Assembly: GCA_943371375.1 (NCBI GenBank)
Contig: CALRUM020000008.1
Location: 9,164-73,163, forward strand
From: Asaia bogorensis
GTDB lineage: Bacteria; Pseudomonadota; Gammaproteobacteria; Burkholderiales; Burkholderiaceae_C
Reading direction: 5' to 3'
Length of the DNA stretch: 64,000 nucleotides
In this document: in pieces, positions 58,787-64,000 of the stretch
How positions within the stretch are numbered: position 1 is the first letter of the stretch
Layout of the letters: every line of letters begins with the position of its first letter
Position numbers and translations under genes: made by a program
The notes under the pieces: model-generated
The model's input: only the letters and a program-made list of their open reading frames with translations
Database searches by the model: none
Told to the model about the DNA's origin: nothing

Positions 58787-61036
58787 ATGCGACTTCTTTT
58801 ACGGCACTGGCCCCGCATTGCCGTCACACTGATTCCTCTGCTGTTTGCCCTGCTGCATGCCGGCGGTGTCATGCGCATCGACGTTCTGCAGCGCCTCGAC
58901 GACATCCTGTATGACGCGCGGCTGCGCGCCACGATGCCGCGTACGCTGGACGAGCGTATTGTCATTGTCGACATCGACGAAAAAAGCCTGGCCGAAGTCG
59001 GGCGCTGGCCCTGGGGGCGCGACAAGCTGGCGGTGCTGGTGCAGGAGTTGCTGGACAGGCAGCAAGCGGCCTTGCTGGGCTTTGACGTGGTGTTTGCCGA
59101 GGCCGATGACAGCTCGGGCCTGAAGCGGCTCAAGCAACTTGCACGGGAAGAGCTGAAGGACCAGCCGGCCTTCACCGAGAAGCTGAACCAGCTCCAGGCG
59201 GGCCTTGACTACGACGCGGTATTCGCAAAGTCGATGGAGAAGCGGCCGGTGGTACTGGGCTACTACTTCACCAGTGACAGGGATGGCCGCATCAATGGCA
59301 CCTTGCCGGCGGCGGTGATGGACCGCAATGCGCTCAAGGGAAGGCCGATCCGGTTTACAACCTGGAACGGCTACGGCTCGAACATTGACACCGTTGCAAA
59401 AGCAGCACCGATGGCCGGGTTCTTCAACTCCATCACCGAGGGCGACGGGGTGGTGCGCTCCATACCCCTGCTGGCTGAATACAAAGGCGGCTATTACGAG
59501 TCACTGTCGCTGGCCATGTTCCGCATGCTGGTGGGCCTGCCCGGCATTGAGCCCGGTTTTCCCCAGGAAAGGTTTCTCACGCGCGGGTATCAGGGACTGG
59601 AAAGCATCCTGCTCAAACAGGGCAACAAAACCCTGGCTATCCCGGTCGATGACCGGGTGGCCACGCTGGTGCCTTTCCGGGGACCTGGCGGCGCCAGTGG
59701 CGGCTCCTACAGGTACGTCTCGGCGTCTGACGTGCTGTCCAAGCGCGTACCGGCCGAACAGCTCAAGGGCAAGATTGTCCTGATTGGTACCACCGCGCCG
59801 GGCCTGCTCGATTTGCGTGTGACACCGGTTGGAGAAACCTATCCGGGCGTCGAGACCCACGCCAACGTGATTTCCGGATTTCTCGATGGCAAGGTATTTG
59901 TCAAGCCGGACTATGCGGTTGGCTTTGAAGTGGTCATACTTTTTCTGTCGGGGCTGACCCTTGCATTGGCGTTGCCGATGTTGTCTGCGCCCAAAGCGGT
60001 GGCGACCAGCGTGGCTGTGATTGCGGCGCTTGTCGGTCTCAATTTCTGGCTTTATTCGGCCTACGGTCTGGTGCTGCCGCTTGCCACTGCGCTGGTCATG
60101 GCGTTCACCGCGTTTGCGCTGAACATGAGTTACGGCTATTTTGTCGAGAGCCGTTCCAAGCGGGAGCTGGCCAACCTGTTCGGGACCTATGTGCCGCCCG
60201 AGCTGGTGGATGAAATGGTCAAGGACCCCGACAGCTACACCATGAAGGCGTCGGCCAAGGAGCTGACGGTGATGTTCTGTGACATGCGCGGTTTCACCAA
60301 GATGTCAGAGACCATGGAGCCGACGCAGCTTCAGGCATTGCTCAACAGCGTGTTCAGCCGGCTGACGGATCTGATCCGCGGCAATCGCGGCACGATCGAC
60401 AAATACATGGGTGACTGTGTCATGGCTTTCTGGGGCGCGCCTGTGGAAACGCCCGATCATGCCAGCCTGGCGGTCAAGACCTCGCTGGAGATGGTGCTGG
60501 CCATACGTCAGCTCAACGAAGAGCACCGGGCCAAGGGCCTGCCCGAGATTGGCATTGGCATCGGGCTCAACACCGGCAGCATGTGTGTGGGTGACATGGG
60601 CTCTGACATCCGGCGCAGTTATACCGTCATCGGCGACGCCGTCAATCTGGGCTCCCGCCTGGAGGGACTGTCAAAAACCTACGGGGTTGATACCGTGGTC
60701 AGCGAATCCACCCGCCGGCTTTCCACCGACTTTGCATGGCAGGAGCTCGACAAGGTGCGGGTCAAGGGAAAAGACCAGGCTGTGGCCATCTTTTGCCCTG
60801 TGGCTGCATTGGGCCAGCTCGGCAAGGAACAGGCCGCCGAACTCAAGGAGTGGGGTTTGGCGCTCAAGGCCTACCGCGATCAGGCTTGGGATGCTTGCGA
60901 CGTGCACTTGCTGAATTTACAGCGCATGAATGCGCAAAAGTACCTTTACCGGCTGTATGCTGAGCGGGTAGCCTCCATGAGGCTTTTGCCGTTTGACCCC
61001 GAGTGGGACGGCGCGACCAACTTCGAAACCAAATAA
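58787..61036 (+). CDS. CHASE2-domain class III adenylate cyclase
   Basis: CHASE2 IVIVDIDEKSLAEVGRWPW; 3 TM helices; catalytic FCDMRGFT, IDKYMGD, YTVIGDAVNLGSRLEG (Lys/Thr ATP-specifying residues, Asn/Arg intact). Confidence 0.93.
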   Translation: MRLLLRHWPRIAVTLIPLLFALLHAGGVMRIDVLQRLDDILYDARLRATMPRTLDERIVIVDIDEKSLAEVGRWPWGRDKLAVLVQELLDRQQAALLGFDVVFAEADDSSGLKRLKQLAREELKDQPAFTEKLNQLQAGLDYDAVFAKSMEKRPVVLGYYFTSDRDGRINGTLPAAVMDRNALKGRPIRFTTWNGYGSNIDTVAKAAPMAGFFNSITEGDGVVRSIPLLAEYKGGYYESLSLAMFRMLVGLPGIEPGFPQERFLTRGYQGLESILLKQGNKTLAIPVDDRVATLVPFRGPGGASGGSYRYVSASDVLSKRVPAEQLKGKIVLIGTTAPGLLDLRVTPVGETYPGVETHANVISGFLDGKVFVKPDYAVGFEVVILFLSGLTLALALPMLSAPKAVATSVAVIAALVGLNFWLYSAYGLVLPLATALVMAFTAFALNMSYGYFVESRSKRELANLFGTYVPPELVDEMVKDPDSYTMKASAKELTVMFCDMRGFTKMSETMEPTQLQALLNSVFSRLTDLIRGNRGTIDKYMGDCVMAFWGAPVETPDHASLAVKTSLEMVLAIRQLNEEHRAKGLPEIGIGIGLNTGSMCVGDMGSDIRRSYTVIGDAVNLGSRLEGLSKTYGVDTVVSESTRRLSTDFAWQELDKVRVKGKDQAVAIFCPVAALGQLGKEQAAELKEWGLALKAYRDQAWDACDVHLLNLQRMNAQKYLYRLYAERVASMRLLPFDPEWDGATNFETK

Positions 61037-61068
61037 CAGGCTGCCCGCACATCAGGCCCCCCAAAACG

Positions 61069-61860
61069 ATGAAAGTCCGTGTACTCGGTTGTTCAGGAGC
61101 GATTGCCAAGGGTTGCCGGACAACGTCGTTCCTGCTCGACCACGATGTGCTGGTGGACGCCGGGACCGGCGTGGGAGACCTCACGCTCGATGAGATGCGC
61201 GGCATTGACCACGTTTTGCTCACCCATTCCCATCTGGATCACGTCGCGGCCCTGCCCCTGATGGTGGATGCGATTGCGTCGCAGCGCACCACCCCTATCC
61301 AGATTCACGCCTTGCAGGGCACCATCGATGCGTTGAAGACACATATCTTCAACAACACCATCTGGCCGGACTTTTCGAGAATTCCCACGCCGGAAGCCCC
61401 GTTTGTGAGCTTTCATCCGCTGACCATAGGCCAGACCCTTTTGCTTGCAGGAAAGTATGTCGAGGTATTGCCGGCGGTACACACGGTGCCGGCAGTCGGT
61501 TATGCGGTGGCTGCCGGTGCCGGCTACTGGATATTCACCGGTGACACCGAGCGTAATCCGGCGCTTTGGGCGCGGATCAATCAGCTCAATGTGGCCATGC
61601 TGGTGATTGAAACCGCTTTCAGCAACCGCGAGCGTGATTTGGCCAAGCGCAGCCTGCATCTGTCCCCGCATGCGCTTGCCATTGAGCTGGACTGCATCGA
61701 CAAGGGCAGAAATTACCCGATTTACATCACCCATACCAAGCCGGCAGAGACCGACTTGATCATGGCTGAAATACAGCGTTTCGACCAGACCGCACCGTTT
61801 GGTCCCAACGTCACCCACGACATACGCTGGTTGCGCGCAGGTCAGGAGTTTGAACTATGA
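61069..61860 (+). CDS. Metallo-beta-lactamase-fold 3',5'-cyclic-nucleotide phosphodiesterase (class II-like)
   Basis: LVDAGTG, THSHLDH, HTVP, FTGDT, HLSP, ITHTKP; directly after the cyclase. Confidence 0.8.
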   Translation: MKVRVLGCSGAIAKGCRTTSFLLDHDVLVDAGTGVGDLTLDEMRGIDHVLLTHSHLDHVAALPLMVDAIASQRTTPIQIHALQGTIDALKTHIFNNTIWPDFSRIPTPEAPFVSFHPLTIGQTLLLAGKYVEVLPAVHTVPAVGYAVAAGAGYWIFTGDTERNPALWARINQLNVAMLVIETAFSNRERDLAKRSLHLSPHALAIELDCIDKGRNYPIYITHTKPAETDLIMAEIQRFDQTAPFGPNVTHDIRWLRAGQEFEL

Positions 61861-64000
61861 GTGCCGTTCTCCAGCGCGACCCCGAAGACGAGTTTTTTGA
61901 CTCCCAGATGTTGCCGCCGCAAGAGCGGGGCGTGACCTTTGAAGCGCTGTATTTCCGCCAGCTGCAGCTGGTGACCAACCGCATCCATGAAACTGAAAAC
62001 ATCGACCAGATCATGCTGGAGGCCAGCCAGGACATCTGCAAGCTTTTTAATGCGGACAGGCTGACCCTGTATGCGGTCAACGAAGACCGCAGCTCCATCA
62101 TCTCCAAGGTCAAGACCGGCCTGAACACCAGCCGTGACCTGAAGCTGCCCATCAGCGCGCAAAGCATCGCGGGTTATGTGGCGCTGTCGAAGGCCATGGT
62201 GAACATTGCCGACGTCTATGACGACGAGGCACTCAAGAAAATCCATCCGAACCTGAGTTTCCTTCAGGAAGTGGACAAGCGTTCTGGCTACCGCACCAAA
62301 CAAATGCTGGTCGCGCCGGTGATGGATGGCAACACCTTGTACGGTGTTCTGCAGGTCATCAACAACCGCAGCGATCAGCCGTTTGCCAAGCTTGAGGAAG
62401 ACGGCGCGCAGCAGCTGTGCAAGACACTGGGCATTGCCATACGACAGCGCATGCAAAGGGCCGAGGACGGCCAGCGGCGCCGGGCTACCAAATACGACGG
62501 ACTGGTCGCCGAAGGCGTTCTGTCGCAGGACGAGTTGCAGCAATGCATCCAGAAGGCGCGGGAGGACGGGCAGTCGGTAGAACACCTGCTGATGGCTGAC
62601 TACCGCATACGGCCCGTGCAAATTGGCGCATCGCTGAGCAAATTTTTTGGCGTTCCCTACGAGGGTTTCAATGCCGGACGCATTCGTTCTGAAATGCTGC
62701 ACGGTCTTCTGAAACGCCATTTTGTTGAGCAGCAAAGCTGGATGCCGCTGGAAGAAACACCCGATGGCCTGGTCATCATGTGTGTGGACCCCGAGGCCGT
62801 GCGTGGCGCCAGGGTGGTGCCCCAGGTGTTTCCGAAGATTGGCAAGTTTGCCTATCGCGTCACCACTCAGACAGAATTTGACGAAACACTGGCGCAACTT
62901 TTTGGGGCGGGCAATGACGGCGGCTCCATTGACCAGTTGTTGGCCGACATGGATTCGCCGCTTGAAAACGATGCCGGTGACGACTCGGCACTGGAGTCAG
63001 CCGCTGCGGACAACGAGCTGGTCAAGTTTGTCAACAAAGTCATCATTGATGCGTACAAGCAGAAAGCGTCCGATATCCACATCGAACCGATGCCGGGCAA
63101 GGCCAAGACCGGCATCCGCTTTCGCATTGACGGCACCCTGCTGCCCTATATTGAAGTGCCGGCGCAGTTTCGCCAGGCCATGGTCACGCGCCTCAAGATC
63201 ATGTGTGACCTGGACATTTCTGAAAAACGCAAGCCGCAAGACGGCAAGATCAAGTTCAAGAAATACGGGCCGCTCGACATCGAGCTGCGTGTCGCCACCA
63301 TCCCGTCGGCCGGCGGCGTGGAGGATGTGGTCATGCGTATCCTGGCGGCGGGTGAACCCATACCGCTGGAGAAGTTGGGCCTCACAGCGCATAACAAGGA
63401 GCGTCTGGAGAAAACGGTTTCCAAGCCTTATGGCCTGTTTTATGTGTGCGGCCCGACTGGCTCGGGCAAAACCACCACGCTGCACTCGATCCTGAAGTTT
63501 TTGAACACGCCGGACACCAAAATCTGGACCGCCGAAGATCCGGTGGAGATCACGCAGAAAGGTTTGCGCCAGGTCCAGATCAACAAAAAGGCCGGCATAG
63601 ACTTTGCCCTGGTGATGCGGGCTTTTTTGCGGGCTGACCCGGACATCATCATGGTGGGCGAGTCGCGTGACAAGGAGACGGTTTCGATGGGGGTGGAGGC
63701 GTCGCTCACAGGGCACATGGTGTTTTCCACCCTGCATACCAATTCAGCCCCCGAATCGATCACCCGTCTGCTGGATATGGGCATGGACCCCTTCAACTTT
63801 GCCGATGCCTTGCTCGGCATATTGGCCCAGCGCCTGGCGAAAAAACTGTGTGATTGCAAAGAGGCGTATCAGCCAAATGCCCAGGAAGTCAAAGAGTTCA
63901 TCAAGGAGTATTCGGAAGAACTGCGGCACACGGAAGACTGGAAGGCCGACCCGGGCGGTGAAGCGCAAAAGCTGCTGGATGACTGGATGGCCCGTTACGG
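61857..64000 (+). CDS. GAF-domain-fused GspE/PilB-family secretion/pilus ATPase; 3' truncated by window edge (absent from the ORF track)
   Basis: Manual translation from ATG 61857 (ATGA overlap with the PDE stop): GAF VDKRSGYRTKQMLVAPV...GVLQVINN; RFRIDG, RKPQDG, GPTGSGKT (63450), TAEDPVE, LRADPDIIMVGESRD, GHMVFSTLHTN. Confidence 0.92.
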   Translation, partial: MSAVLQRDPEDEFFDSQMLPPQERGVTFEALYFRQLQLVTNRIHETENIDQIMLEASQDICKLFNADRLTLYAVNEDRSSIISKVKTGLNTSRDLKLPISAQSIAGYVALSKAMVNIADVYDDEALKKIHPNLSFLQEVDKRSGYRTKQMLVAPVMDGNTLYGVLQVINNRSDQPFAKLEEDGAQQLCKTLGIAIRQRMQRAEDGQRRRATKYDGLVAEGVLSQDELQQCIQKAREDGQSVEHLLMADYRIRPVQIGASLSKFFGVPYEGFNAGRIRSEMLHGLLKRHFVEQQSWMPLEETPDGLVIMCVDPEAVRGARVVPQVFPKIGKFAYRVTTQTEFDETLAQLFGAGNDGGSIDQLLADMDSPLENDAGDDSALESAAADNELVKFVNKVIIDAYKQKASDIHIEPMPGKAKTGIRFRIDGTLLPYIEVPAQFRQAMVTRLKIMCDLDISEKRKPQDGKIKFKKYGPLDIELRVATIPSAGGVEDVVMRILAAGEPIPLEKLGLTAHNKERLEKTVSKPYGLFYVCGPTGSGKTTTLHSILKFLNTPDTKIWTAEDPVEITQKGLRQVQINKKAGIDFALVMRAFLRADPDIIMVGESRDKETVSMGVEASLTGHMVFSTLHTNSAPESITRLLDMGMDPFNFADALLGILAQRLAKKLCDCKEAYQPNAQEVKEFIKEYSEELRHTEDWKADPGGEAQKLLDDWMARY

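Overview
High-GC betaproteobacterial chromosomal segment; gene content and style point to Comamonadaceae (Polaromonas/Rhodoferax-like; inference). It holds about 57 protein-coding genes. These include housekeeping genes (pckG, modABC, ilvA, recQ, split metH N-half, ybbN, purEK, SUA5, recA/recX, argC, sucCD), transporters and regulators (LysR x2, TetR, MarR, Bug x2, TAXI, three histidine kinases), LPS genes, and a Slam/DUF560 + FecR-domain gene pair. No rRNA, tRNA, CRISPR array, transposase or prophage gene was recognised. Three observations stand out. (1) A six-gene co-directional operon at 54553-64000 links a CHASE2 Ser/Thr kinase, PP2C phosphatase, FHA protein, CHASE2 adenylate cyclase, cyclic-nucleotide phosphodiesterase and a GAF-fused PilB/GspE ATPase. 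(2) A ~420-bp non-coding element occurs in two copies; its left end fits a telomerase-like H-type pseudoknot with an 8-triple major-groove triplex, supported by three-way covariation. (3) A ~57-bp palindrome-headed repeat family has six intergenic copies and three copies embedded in frame inside modC, ybbN and purK. All calls come from reading motifs by eye; no database search was run, so novelty is unverified.
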